Origin: Eledone cirrhosa
Taxonomy: Eukaryota
Direction of reading: 5' to 3'
NCBI GenBank assembly: GCA_964016885.1
Contig: OZ024740.1
Span: 428,172,001 to 428,236,000, forward strand
DNA: 64,000 nt
Shown here: positions 15,396-29,634 of the stretch, piece after piece
Layout: the number at the start of each line of letters is the position of its first letter
Numbering within the stretch: the first letter of the stretch is position 1
Translations under genes and position numbers: made by a program
Notes under the pieces: model-generated
What the model was told of the DNA's origin: nothing
Databases searched by the model: none
Seen by the model: the letters and a program-made list of their open reading frames with translations, nothing else

Positions 15396-15978
15396 TGTGT
15401 GTGTATGTATGTGTGTGTGTGCGTGTGTGTATGTGTGTGTATATATATATATATAAGGTCGTCTTGGTCGGCACCCGCTCGTGACCGCTGAGATCATCTT
15501 ACTGTTTCCTTATTTCTGAAGAGTAGTGAGTAGGAGTGACATGGGAGTGCTGGTGATGGGCATGGTTGGGAAGGTTGGGCCTTCCTTGCAGCATGACGTA
15601 GATCTTCTACACGTGGACGGTTGGATTCGAAAGTCCCGGATAGTCCTACGCCAGGACACACACACACACACACATATATATATGTGTGTATGTGTGTGTC
15701 CTGGCGTAGGACTATCCGTGTATATATATATATACATCACTATTTTACACATCCACTTACTCACCATTATAACTTCAACTACCACCACCACTACTACTAT
15801 TATCAGTAACATTATTGTGTACTTATTTTTTACTTATTTTTTACATCTTTATCATTTTCATTTTTACTTCTTTATACTTTTATTATTGTTTATTATCTTT
15901 TATTATTGATGTTATTGTTTTCAATCATTTGATTTTCCCATGTATCTATAAATACCAATGCCATGTGTTACACCCTCC

Positions 15979-16091
15979 AGTATTCCGATGATTTGATCAG
16001 AGACACACACTGTATTTAAGGTCGAATGACGCAACTTCGAGTGATTAGCGGCCTTTAGACTCACCTGATCAATGAAACAGTTGTTAATACT
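15979..16091 (+). ncRNA. Hammerhead, U4C core variant with long stem II
   Basis: AGTATT-CCGATGA-TTTGATCAG...CTGATCAAT-GAAA-CAGTTG-TT-AATACT. Perfect 6-bp stem I, followed by AATAAA. Confidence 0.75.
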
Positions 16092-16139
16092 TGAAATAAA
16101 ACCATTTTTGTACTGCCGACTATGTTATTCTTCACTCTT

Positions 16140-16174
<35 letters not shown>

Positions 16175-16443
16175 GTGTGTGTATGTGTGTGTAGATATAT
16201 GTATACATGTATATATGTGCATATATATGTATATAATATATTAATATATATATATATATATATATAAACTAATATATATGATGAAACACAGATACCAACA
16301 CATCTGTATTTATATTGCAAAAGAAAATTTAGCCAGAATGAAGTATACTAATTATTATACTACAGTTTGTCCATAGTTTATACACGGCTCAGGGGTATTT
16401 CCTCCTTCGAGCTAATTCCATTGTAAAAGAATTCATTACACTT

Positions 16444-16493
<50 letters not shown>

Positions 16494-16574
16494 TTATATG
16501 TTGCTATTTTTATCTGAAGACATTTTCTCCAATCCCAACCCGTCCGTCCCCTCAATCTATCTTATTTCTCATTC

Positions 16575-16612
16575 TTTCTTCTGATGAAGGACTAGCGTCC
16601 GAAACGGTACAA
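16575..16612 (+). ncRNA. Degenerate minimal hammerhead (PLE pLTR type)
   Basis: CTGATGA-AGGAC tagc GTCC-GAAA-CGGTA. Stem I is not intact. Confidence 0.55.
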
Positions 16613-16695
16613 CCCTCTTCCTGCTATATCAAGCGTTATTCTAATATATCCCTTCCATATACACTACCGATTGTGTTGTTATTTTTGTTTACCTT

Positions 16696-17081
<386 letters not shown>

Positions 17082-17157
17082 ATAATAACTAGAAATTGAT
17101 TAACATATAAATAAACATGAATAATCACAGGAGATTTATCTTAATTTTGTATATATA

Positions 17158-17256
<99 letters not shown>

Positions 17257-18795
17257 GTTTATTTTTGTTTTAATATGCCCATGTACCTGTGCTACTGAAT
17301 GCATCTAAACATTTTACCTTGTCTCGATTACAATATTTCGTTATGAGAGACCGAGAGATCAGACTGACGAGTTTCAATCTTATGTTGGGATGTCATCAGC
17401 AAGCAATTAGTCCATGGTGACACTGTCTATATATTCAATATTGTTAATTAATCCTACAGACCAAATTGTGAATACGTGTGTTTTGTCAGTTCGTTCAATC
17501 AATGTATTACAAGTAAATTATAGACACAATGTTACAGCAGTCTTATAGAGTGTTGGCAAATATATATGGATATATTCTGTAGTCATTTATCACATGCAAA
17601 GAAACGCTGTTAACGCATCAGTAATTTACTGTGCATGCGGTTTGAAAGGAACTAGGCTGCTATTCCTAGGGGCTCAAGTGACCACATAGAGAATTGGTTT
17701 GTTCCTTGATATTGCAGTTTGTGTCCAGGACAGCTATAATCATAGAAGACATATTATGAACATTTTTCCAGCCGAGACCATCTCCATATGTAAACTATAT
17801 TCGATTATATTATAAAATACGTAGAACATACGCAGACATAGAACCCACGGGACCATATTAGTCAATGCATTCTTCCCTCCTTTAAGAAGTTAGAATTTGA
17901 TTGCAAGAAACTTAGCTGCTATTTCTAAAATGTCGACTAACCACATAGATGGTCTCTTTTCGCTACGTTTCTTAACAGTCGTGATCTATCTTAATAGAAA
18001 ACAAGTGTTATCTACAAGTTGTAGTTGAATTACTTGAATGTTTTCAAGACACAATGTCAATCATTTAAGAGGGATTATCCTATAATTGTGACAATTACAT
18101 AAACATATTAATATTTGTCTTGTTCATGTCCTCATCTCATAACAAACGGTAGGGGCACTATCGTGATATCTTATGTTTGACATTCAAACCTGACAGAATT
18201 CTTCACTTTCAAGGTCTTATCATAAACGATCTCTTCCAGAATTAGGAAAAATTCCAAATTTAAATCCTGCTAAATAGAGAGTGTGAGAAAATATGTTGTT
18301 ACATTTACTATTGTAGGTGTTCCTGCAGTTGTTGCTGTCTTATAGGTCCTGGTCAGCCAACATGGAGAACACAGATATATAATCAGGGGCGGGGGACTGT
18401 GGGGAGCGGAAGAGGGTCCATGACCCCACTCACCATTATATTTTTCTCCCCAAACAACTAAACACATCTCTTTGAAGATATAGACAGCGGGAGAGTTTGG
18501 TTTTAATTGATATATAGAAATGGATTGGAAAAGAGCACGACGCAGAGGGGGAGAATGGGAGAGTGCTGTGTAGTAGATAAAGAGGGGGTGAGAGTGTATG
18601 GGTGATTGATATACAGAGGGGGATTGGGAGAGATAAGTGTAGATATTTATAGATAGTCTTAGATATAGAGATGGGGTAAAAAAGGCGTTGTCATGGTAGA
18701 TAGACAGAGGGTAGAGTTTTATTATAGTAGATACAGAGAGGGGGATTAAAAGGGATTTTTATGTGATAAACATAGAGAGGAGGAGAGTTTGGTGC

Positions 18796-19023
18796 CACTC
18801 TCGAGTCCCAAATGATAGGAGGGGTGGCAATAATTTGTGGGGCGGGGACAGTAATTGTGTAGGGAACTTTTGTAAATATGGGATTTCTTGTATCAATATG
18901 AATCACTTACAATAACATTTCGCCGGAGATAGATTAGTAAAATATAATAAGAGAGTGGGGGTGGGCGGAAATGTGACAAATTTGTAAGTCGGGGTGGGGA
19001 CGATTATTCAAGACCTGAGAGTA
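18796..19023. mobile_element. Degenerate MITE (possibly pogo/Tigger-like)
   Basis: Imperfect termini CACTCTCGAGTCCCAAATGAT ... ATTATTCAAGACCTGAGAGTA. Confidence 0.5.
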
Positions 19024-19237
19024 CGCGAATTATATAGGGACGTAAGAATGAAAACTCAATACCGAATTAGAGTTTAAATATTAATTTATTGTTACACTGG
19101 AGTCTCACCTGTGTACTCACCTGACAAGACTGGTGATCCTTTGAGTGCACAGAGGAAACTTTAGAGTAACAAAGCTCACCAATACCCATAATAGATGAAT
19201 GTGTATATACAGTATATATATATATATATATATATAT

Positions 19238-19456
19238 AAACGAAGGAAATGTGGTAAGGAACCAGGTGGACCATAACGCACCAAAGTACTCAATACTTGA
19301 GGTAGTAGAGTGGGTAATAGGAACCAGTAAGACCCCGACAGCTGAGCTCAAGCCGTTTCGACGGCTAATTCTGGACTCCAGAATTAGCCAGAATGAGTCC
19401 AGAATTAGCCGTCGAAACGGCTTGAGCTCAGCAGTCGGGGTCTTACTGGTTCCTAT
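19238..19456. mobile_element. Fold-back PLE relic family K, copy 2
   Basis: Same termini as copy 1, different apex spacer. Confidence 0.85.
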
Positions 19457-19471
19457 ATATATATAAATGAA

Positions 19472-19564
<93 letters not shown>

Positions 19565-19681
19565 TCATTAGTTAAGCAAAACAAGACCACAAATTTCACA
19601 AGGATGACATTATCAAAAGATTGTCAACATAGTTTTAGTTTAATGTAAGGAATGTAGAGAATAATAATAATAATAATATTA

Positions 19682-19874
19682 ATAATTGTTTCTACTTTAG
19701 GCACAAGGCCAGCAATTATCCCAGTACATTACTGGTACTTTATTTTATCGACCCCGTAAGGATGAAAGGCAAAGTCAACCTCGGCGGGATTTGAACTCAG
19801 ATCGTAAAGGGACGTAACTATGCTGGAAAGCATGGCGTCCGACCCTCTACCGATACTGCCAATCCACCGCCCTT
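19682..19874 (-). mobile_element. SINE family B, full length with TSD
   Basis: tRNA-like head GGCGGTGGATTGGCAG...GAGTTCAAATCC on the minus strand. AATAATAATATTAATAAT is repeated on both flanks. Confidence 0.92.
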
Positions 19875-20136
19875 AATAATAATATTAATAATGTCCGTTT
19901 ACAATTGTTTCGCTACTCCATATAATGTTTCTGGATCAAGTGATTATAGATCATTATTGATCTGGTTCAGTTGAAGATAACCTCTGCATGAACCCAGCCA
20001 CCTAGCTGCCTTCCACTGCATATTGCACATTGAGCACATGCCTTTACTCTTTGGCTTCTAACTAATTCACCAATCTCTCTTCTCCTCTCCTATCTCCATC
20101 TCTCTCTTTAAGTTGGTTACTCTTGAACTGTATATA

Positions 20137-20335
20137 TAATATAGATGAGATTCTACAGGACTAGAACTGTTTCATTCTTGAGAAATCATCAGGATTCCTG
20201 ATGATTTCTCAAGAATGAAACAGTTCTAGTCCTGTAGAATCTCATCTATATTAAAACTTTTATACTCTGCTATGTATTGAGTACCTTACTTACTGTGGTT
20301 ACCTCCGATTCATTCAACCCGGAATAACTTACCTA
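20137..20335. mobile_element. Fold-back PLE relic family L with intact hammerhead (20193-20241, +)
   Basis: Arms 20137-20194 / 20196-20252 plus a right tail. GATTC-CTGATGA-TTTC tcaa GAAT-GAAA-CAG ttctagtc CTG-TA-GAATC. Confidence 0.88.
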
Positions 20336-20350
20336 TATATATATATATAT

Positions 20351-20713
<363 letters not shown>

Positions 20714-20829
20714 AGATTAATAAATAGGGTATAATACAAATTTCTTACCAAATGCGAGGAAGTTCGATATATTAACCCATTAGGAAAGGGCACAGAGCAT
20801 AATTTATTTTAATGATATATATATATGTA

Positions 20830-21071
20830 CAGTGGCGGTTGAACTGGGGAAGAAGAGCCCCCCACCCACTCCAATAATTATATTCACACCCCAAACTACC
20901 AAAACATCTGTTTGGATATGTGCTACAATATATGTACATGTTATGTTTATAGCACATCGAGGTTTTCTAACCATTTTAGAGTTCAAAGAGCTAAACTAAT
21001 CACTACAACTAAATTGACCAAATTTAGACCCCCCCACCCCATCCAATTCAGAAATTCTTCCACCGCCCCTG
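20830..21071. mobile_element. MITE with CAG(T/G)GGCGG terminal inverted repeats
   Basis: CAGTGGCGG ... CCGCCCCTG, with TA on both flanks. Confidence 0.6.
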
Positions 21072-22191
21072 TAGTGGTATTTCACTTGTCACTGCGTTAT
21101 GTTTTCCTACGTGCAGTATGACCAGGGGCATATGATCCAATCTGCCCTTTTCTAAGACTATGGGGTGAGATCTAGCAGAACGAATGACCACATACAGACT
21201 TTCTCTGTTGCTTTTGTTGTAGGTGACAGTAGTGAGGGGTTATGTTTGTGTTGTTGTTACCTTTGGTGGTATTGTGTTTGTTTATGCTGTTGCTGCTGAT
21301 GCTAATGTTTTTGTTTTGTTTAAATCCAGGTCAAATGCAATCAATCGGAATCGAGGAAAACTCTTTTCAAAGGTTTTCCTGTCGAGACTATTTCGTTCGA
21401 GGTAGAAGTAGAAAGATTACAATTATCTATTATTTAAACCATTTCTAGCAACTTTCGAAAAGTATTCAGGTTGAAGGATGCGTGACATGGAATGTGGCAT
21501 CAATTTTAGTTTCTGTAGAATTTGGAGACGAAAGAAGTCATAGAAACACATTTATGAATTGATATTGTTATCATTGTTTGTCTCCTGTTCAATTCTGATC
21601 GAGCAAGCCTAGGATACCATCTAAAACATTCTTCACTCCCTGGAATACCACCAGACTTACTTTACACTAACTGTCTCAGGCGTAATTCAAGGAACATTCG
21701 GTTGCTATTTCTAGCATCTATAACGACTGCATTTGCGCAGTTTGATGGCCGCAGTTTCGTATTAAATAAAATTATTCCTGCCTTACTAACAAAACATAAA
21801 GTATAGTAAAAGTGTTAATAATAGCGAAATAAATAAACTAAATAACATAAACAGTATGACACGTGACATTTAAACATTGAAAGGTCAAAGGAAAAAATAG
21901 ACGCCTATGTAGATCAGATCAAAGAACACGCATTTGATACCAAACGTGGCTTTCCCTTCAAGTACGAACGTCTGCTGATAATTAAATGGCGTTGTTCAAT
22001 CAAATAATTCCACACAAGGTTATGTAACATAATCTCTTGTGCATCGTGAAAATCTGGCGAGTCAAAAAATAAGAAAATTACAGACGTTTGTGTATTGTAG
22101 TTGCTTGACAATCGTTTCAATATAGTATCTGTGGAACTGGGCATCTGTTTTCAAGTGTGTATGTAGGTATATATGTATGTATATACCTACA

Positions 22192-22627
22192 ACGTGTCAG
22201 GTCACTCTTGAGTGCTACTGGTAACATGTAAATCAGTACAACCTGTCGCATGATCGGGTCGTCGGCGACTAAACTGACAACCCCACCAAGTTTACTTGGT
22301 GAGGAAGGTGATTTTGGACACCGGATTCTGGCTTCTCCGGCCGAGTGAGTGGGACCGTCACCGTGCACTGGCTCTCCCACTATAAACCTTTCCCGCACAG
22401 GTTTCTTCTTTAGCGTGCACTCCCAAAACTCTGCGGCAATGGGCGAGAGGTGGAGGTAACCTCTGGTAGTTGCCAGTCTGACTCCGATCGTTACCCCTGC
22501 CCCTACTGTCCTCGGACCTGCAAGTCAAGAGTCGGCCTCCACAGCCACCTTCATGCCGGGAACAACACGGCAGACGTGAACAACAATAATGAAGATGTCA
22601 TCATTATTTACGATGGACAACCAGGAG
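22192..22627 (+). mobile_element. Internally deleted RTE-clade LINE (5'UTR fused to C-terminal C2H2 finger and 3' end)
   Basis: YPCPYCPRTCKSRVGLHSHLH finger typical of RTE C-termini. 3' end GTCATCATT..CGATGGACAACC. 9-bp TSD ATACCTACA at 22183-22191 and 22628-22636. Confidence 0.8.
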
Positions 22628-23120
22628 ATACCTACATGTTTGATGTTTGTTTGCACACACACACACACATATATTTATATATATATATATATAAATGTAA
22701 TCTGAGTTTTTCGAATATTAATAATAACATTCGATTTGTTTGCAATTATGCAAACAAGCCGCATTTTAAAAGCCATGTCAGTAGAATGGACCATTCATTC
22801 TTGCTCTTGTATTGGCATATAAAGAGAATTGCTGACACTAATGTTTCTGGGTCTCACCCTTCATCAGTACAGCTCACTGTTCACCTGCCAACTGTCAGAG
22901 CCAGTGAAAATATATGCTATTTTCTAAAATATACAGTGACTGATCGGCCTGATTTGCATATTAGCTGACAAGCTGATCAGTCAGATCTGTATATTAGCAG
23001 ATCCACTGATCAGCCAGATTTGCATATCAGCAGACTGGCCAGTCAGTTTCCTGTATAAGAGAGATAAATGGCCGGCTTTGCCACATCTTTTATATATTTA
23101 TATAAATATATATATTATAT

Positions 23121-23174
<54 letters not shown>

Positions 23175-23178
<4 letters not shown>

Positions 23179-23541
23179 AGGAAAAGCGAAGTAGTTTCAG
23201 ATGTTCAAGTCCTTTAATAATAATGCTGTGATATATATTTCAATGGCGACACTGGCCACACTGTTCTGTGTGCGAGTGTCGTGACATCATCAGACAGCTT
23301 GTTACATAATAAGGTTATGTTTCCGAGGCAATCCAAATTGAATCGACATGGGAACGGATGAAATACGTGCTTTTGGGTTTATCACCCGTTCCCATGTGAG
23401 TCCAATATATATCACAGCATTATTATTAAAGGACTTGAACATCTGAAACTACTTCGCTTTTCCTTATTCGATATTTACTCCGTCACTCCTATGTGGAAAA
23501 AGTACGTTGAGTGCTTGAATTGAATTGCATAAATGTTTACC

Positions 23542-23545
<4 letters not shown>
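23175..23545. mobile_element. Fold-back PLE relic with hammerhead (23225-23298, -)
   Basis: Arms 23175-23239 / 23404-23468 plus a right tail. Minus strand GCTGT-CTGATGA-long stem II-GAAA-TATATA-TC-ACAGC. Confidence 0.85.
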
Positions 23546-23599
<54 letters not shown>

Positions 23600-23682
23600 T
23601 ATATATACGTACATACATATATGTATACAAACGTAATAACAGCCGTACTAAGTGAGAGATGAAATTTCGTTTCATTTTTTCC

Positions 23683-23715
<33 letters not shown>

Positions 23716-23720
<5 letters not shown>

Positions 23721-24960
23721 ATACTTGAGGAGGGTCATATTGTTGTAATAATATTGCCAGAAATAATAACAGAACACACTCACTGTTTGGTTGGTTTTCG
23801 CTTCTGTATCTTTTATGTATCCACAGTTAATTCATTTGGTCCTGAATGTTTATCATTGACTGACCAACGGTCAAAAATACAGATATAAACACATATATAT
23901 AGTCTAACAAAGTTCTTTCGTTGACCATCTGCAACATCATCAGTGGTACTATTATGTTCCTCCTGTTGTATTGTAGGTCTACGCCATTTTAATTTTATCT
24001 GTTTATTTATTTATTTATTTTTTGTCTTCTATGCGCGTGCGTTTGCGTGTGTGTATAGTGTTTGGTGTGTGTGTTCGCGTTTGGGTGACTGTGTTTTGGT
24101 TATTGTATTCTATCTTAGTTTACTAGTGTGTGTTTATGTGTTTATTGTTATTGTGCTTGTGTATATATTTATTTATTTATTTATATTTCTCTTAGGTCAA
24201 TATTTCTGTTTAGCTTTGGCCTTCTAAGCACTATTCCGCTTGCCTCTCTGATTGGCCTACCTGCTGGGTTATTTCTATGTTTAGATATTATTTTAATTTC
24301 TATGTTGTCTATTTACCGTCATGTTGTTGTCTGGCGTGTTCGTATAGTACTGAACCGTTTTTTTCGTCCTTTTAATTACCCCCACTGTTGGTCTATCCTT
24401 TCACCTATGCTTCGAGCTGCTACGCCTATGTATGTTGTTGTCATGTTTCTGCAATTACCCTCTGTACATATTATGCTATAGACTACATTTCTAGTTTTAC
24501 AGTTTATTTGGGGGTTTACATTACATATATCACATTTCCTATTAGTACAGTGGTTTTTCTTAAAAGGGTATGTTTTGCTGATCAGGGATTTTATGGTAGT
24601 TCCTGGCTTTTATACCACTTTAATCTTTAAGTGGGTCTTTCTCATGGCCTTTCTACATTGGTTAGCTAATTTCCCTTGAGGGGTAGCGTCCACGAACATG
24701 ACACTCTGGTATCTCTGGTTGTCGTACCATGAGGTGGCTTTCCCTATCTTATGTTAGTCCTATCTAAGCTATTCCATGCTTTGCTCGTGTATAATGGGCA
24801 AATTCCTTTCATCTCCAGTTCTACTAGGGTCTTATACTTCTACGTGGCTCCTTTGTATACTTTGATTCTGTCTCTTTAGTTGTAACCAGAGAACTGCATG
24901 TGGTTGATGAAGTGTTGGATGTGTCTTTCCATTTCTGTTGAGTCGTACATGCGGGACACG
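23716..24960 (-). mobile_element. Decayed Penelope-like element (non-Naiad, Nematis-like): RT thumb/linker, GIY-YIG and pLTR
   Basis: Manual translation across stops and frameshifts at 24960-24185: HMQFSGY..CPLYTSKAW..VMFVDAT..IKVV*KPG..CTNRKCDIC..CKTRNVVYSIIC..TYIGVAARSIGERI..SVLYEHARQQH..RPIREA..LN. Hammerhead-like CTGATGA..GAAA at about 23900-23950. Confidence 0.85.
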
Positions 24961-25164
24961 TTCTTCATCACTCGTACCAAGATGCGATCAGAATATTAAA
25001 CTTAGCACTACTGGACATTCCTGAGATTTTGAGTATCAGGTATTTGGAGGCCATACATTTACAAATTTATATACATTCAATACATACGTATTCAGAGTTC
25101 ATTCACTTAATTTTTCGAATTTTTAAGTAAAATGGTATTTCAAACACCCATTTCAGTATATATA

Positions 25165-25415
25165 GAGTTGCCAAGAAATTTGAGAGATCTGTATGGTGTA
25201 GACCTGAATGTTTTCAAGAAACATCTTGACACTCTGCTACCCAGGATCCTGGATGAGTCCACAGCATGGTACGAACATAACCTAAGGACAGCAGTAACGA
25301 ACTCCCTCTTACACCAATGGCCAGCCAACACAGGGTGGATTTAGAATGTGTAGCAACAGGGGCGGTACCCCAGCATGACCTCAGCCGGGTGGCTGGAACA
25401 GGTAAAATAGTAAAA
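25165..25415 (+). mobile_element. CR1/L2-group LINE 3' end remnant
   Basis: LPRNLRDLYGVDLNVFKKHLDTLL..DE..RTAVTNSLLHQ resembles the CR1-group ORF2 C-terminus, followed by a short 3'UTR. Confidence 0.7.
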
Positions 25416-25421
25416 GAGTAT

Positions 25422-25483
<62 letters not shown>

Positions 25484-25606
25484 GAATTTATGTATAGTGT
25501 ATTTGATAATATGATGTATGTTTATTTTAAAACATTTTGAAGACCATTCGCTATGAGTTTTAAAGTTGTGACTATGTGACTTACTTAGTCTCGGCAAAAT
25601 CAAAGG

Positions 25607-25648
25607 GATCCGACGGCCGTTTCTCGCTCGATAGCGGTTATCAAGATT
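25607..25648 (-). ncRNA. Hammerhead, U3-A8 variant (pLTR relic about 25490-25740, related to 33640-33958)
   Basis: Minus strand AATC-TTGATAA-CCGCT atcg AGCGA-GAAA-CGGCCG-TC-GGAT. Stem I is weak. Confidence 0.6.
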
Positions 25649-26115
25649 GCACACCCCTTCGCTTCCGCCGAGATTTATAGAAGCTGGATTCTTATAGAAT
25701 CCCAGTGATGTTTAAGAGAGAATCCAGCTTCTATAAGTCTTACTAGATCTCTTGATGATTCTAAATTTAATATTGAAAACTCCTTTTTTCTCTGCAAATA
25801 TACTTAATATATTCATAGATATGTATGAATATTTTTCAATGGTAATATATTCATTTTTTCTATGTATGAACTTACATGAGTATGAGTGTATATATGCGTT
25901 TATATGTATGTAAATATATTCTTTTACGTATGGTTTTATGTGTATATATATGTATATTTTGTATATATGAATGTATTAAATTAAATATGTATGTATATAT
26001 GTATATACTCATATAATATCGGTGTATATATATGTAATGTACAGATGTGTGTATGTATATATATTTTTATATATGTATATAAATATATATATCTGTGTGT
26101 GTCTGTGTGTGTGTG

Positions 26116-26406
<291 letters not shown>

Positions 26407-26428
26407 ATATATATTATTACTATAACTG

Positions 26429-26620
26429 TGGTGGATTGGCAGTATCGGTAGAGGGTCGGATGCCATGCTTTCTAGCATAGTTATGTCCCTTTATGATCTG
26501 AGTTCAAATCCCGCCGAGGTTAACTTTGCCTTTCAGCCTTACGGGGGTCGATCAAATAAAGTACCAGTAATGCACTGGGATAATTGTTGGCCTTGTGCCA
26601 AAAGTAGAAACAATTATTAT
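26429..26620 (+). mobile_element. SINE family B, full length
   Basis: GTGGATTGGCAGTATCGG...GAGTTCAAATCCCGCCGAGG...GTAGAAACAATTATTAT. Confidence 0.92.
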
Positions 26621-26640
26621 TACTATATATATTTATTAAT

Positions 26641-27508
26641 ATTGTTATACTTGGGGAGCGTCATATTTGTGTAATATTGCCAGAATTAATAACAGAACAC
26701 ACTCACTGTTTGGTTGGTTTTCGCTTCTGTGTCTTTTATATCGGTTAATTTAATTTATTCGGTCCTCAATGTTTACCATTGACTGACCAACGGTCAAAAA
26801 TACAGATACAATATAGACACAAACACATATATATAGTCTAACAAAGTTCTTTCGTTGCACATCTGCAACATCGTCAGTGGTCTATTATGTTTCCTCCTGT
26901 TGTATTGTATGCCTACGCCACCTTTATTTAGTCTGTTTATTTTTTTTTTTTTTGTCTTCTCTGCGCATGCATTTACGTGTGTGTATAGGGTTTGATGTGT
27001 GTTCATGTTTAGGTGACTGTGTATTGGTTATTGTATTCTATCTTAGTTTATTAGTGTGTGTTTATATGTGTTTGTTGTTATTGTGCTTGTATATGTATTT
27101 ATTTAATGATATATACTTCTCTTAGGTCAGTATTGTTTGTTTGGGTGTTGTTGTTATTCCATTCATTTTTTTCTATTTAGCCTTGGCCTTCTAAGTTCTA
27201 TTTTGCTGGCCTCTCTGATTTGCCTATCTGCTGGGTCATTTCTATGTTTAGATATTATTCTAATTTCTATGTTGTCTATGTTACCGTCGTGTTGTTGTCT
27301 GGCATGTTCGTATAGTACAATCAATGGTAACATTGAGGATCGAATAAATTAAATTAACCGATATAAAAGACACAGAAGCGAAAACCAACCAAACAGTGAG
27401 TGTGTTCTGTTATTAATTCTGGCAATATTATTACACAAATCTGACCCTCCCCAAGTATAACAATATTTGTTTCGACACACGATTTCATATCAAAAACCTC
27501 GCAAAACT
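26641..27508. mobile_element. Fold-back PLE, same family as 23716-24960
   Basis: Long minus arm 26641-27318 (GIY-YIG C-terminus plus pLTR, CTGACGA-GTTGCA gatg TGCAAC-GAAA). Short plus arm 27319-27464 with tail. Confidence 0.85.
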
Positions 27509-27510
27509 AA

Positions 27511-27650
27511 TATATTTATTAAAATAAAAGATTAAAATTTAATCAGTTATTTTAATAAATATTTGCTCTACGGTTTTTATATATCTGATATATATTTATC
27601 CTTATCGAGCCCTCTTTGGATTTTAGTCTTCAAATTTATTATTATTACTA
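27511..27650. mobile_element. Minimal fold-back relic of the Naiad pLTR family
   Basis: About 27-bp arms centred near 27538, plus the same tail as 26315-26406. Confidence 0.75.
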
Positions 27651-27667
27651 TATATATATATATATAT

Positions 27668-28027
27668 TAGAAAGTGAGGTTATTTTTACAAATTGAAAAA
27701 TAACCAAGGTGTCCTACACGAGTGAAAGTATAAAGAAAAAGAGATGAAATCGAAAATGCAACTGGAGTCTTATTTTTTTTTTTAAATATATATATTTATT
27801 TGGTTCCTTTACCGGTTTCGCAGTTCTTCTGCTTTTCAAAAGTAGAGTTGAGATGGAGGGTCTGTGGGTTTTTTCACATCTGATGTGAGAAAAACCACAG
27901 ACCCTCCATCTCAACTCTACTTTTGAAAAGCAGAAGAACTGCGAAACCGGTAAAGGACCAAATAAATATATATATATATTTTTTTTTAAATAAGACACCA
28001 GTTGCATTTTCGATTTCATCTCTTTTT

Positions 28028-28034
<7 letters not shown>
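27668..28034. mobile_element. Fold-back PLE relic family X with two U3-A8 hammerheads (27806-27843 -, 27919-27956 +)
   Basis: About 150-bp arms centred at 27881 (CACATC T GATGTG). Left tail at 27668-27728. Confidence 0.88.
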
Positions 28035-28086
<52 letters not shown>

Positions 28087-28093
28087 TATATAC

Positions 28094-28435
<342 letters not shown>

Positions 28436-28483
28436 CTGTATATACATATATGATTGTGTGTATTTGCATTTTTGCATTTTGTG

Positions 28484-28896
<413 letters not shown>

Positions 28897-29234
28897 TACA
28901 TATAAAGAGGTGTTCTGGCGTAAGGCTATCTAATTTGCTGACGGTATCTTGTAATACTTGTTTTACCAAAGGAATTTTTCTGGAAACTTTATATTGAATT
29001 ATATGAGTAACATCGAAAATTCTTTTTAATTTTATAACTTCAAACTACGGAAGAGAATGTTTCTATCATTCTAATTCTAAAATTACTTTTCCAAAGATAT
29101 TTAAAACTGTGAAGCCCCCATGATACTGAAAGAAGCAATCTACTAGATGGTTGTCGAATATTGCATAATTCACATCACATTTATCTAACATTCTCTGATA
29201 AGATAAACTTTCTCTCTGAATAAACAAACGGTAA

Positions 29235-29445
29235 TATTGATTTCTTATATAGGCACAAGGACAGCAATTTGGGGAGAGGGGAAAGTCGATTAAATTGGCC
29301 CCAGTGCGTGACTGGTACTTTATTTTATCGACCCCGTAAGGATGAACGGCAAAGTTAACCTCGGCGGGATTCGAACTCAGATCATAAAGGGCCGTAACTC
29401 CTTGCTGGAAAGCATGGCGTCCGACCTTCTACCGCTACCAAACGC
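29235..29445 (-). mobile_element. SINE family B variant
   Basis: Family B body with an extra GGGGAGAGGGGAAAGTCGATT segment. Confidence 0.88.
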
Positions 29446-29634
29446 TGACTATTTATCAAGTGCAGAAATTCTTTACTTCATATATCTAGACATTTCCTTA
29501 AAGACTGTTGTCAGTTTTCAGTGTTCAGTAGAATTTTATCCAAAATATCTTTAAATGTGAGTTGGTAACACTAACATGCCTGGCTTGGCATCGTTGGGTA
29601 TAGATCGAAAGGAAATGTTGGTTCTGCTTTGCCT

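Noticed and set aside
22450-22968. 172-aa ORF as a host zinc-finger gene
   Set aside because: The single finger belongs to the TSD-flanked RTE derivative, and the rest reads through microsatellite.
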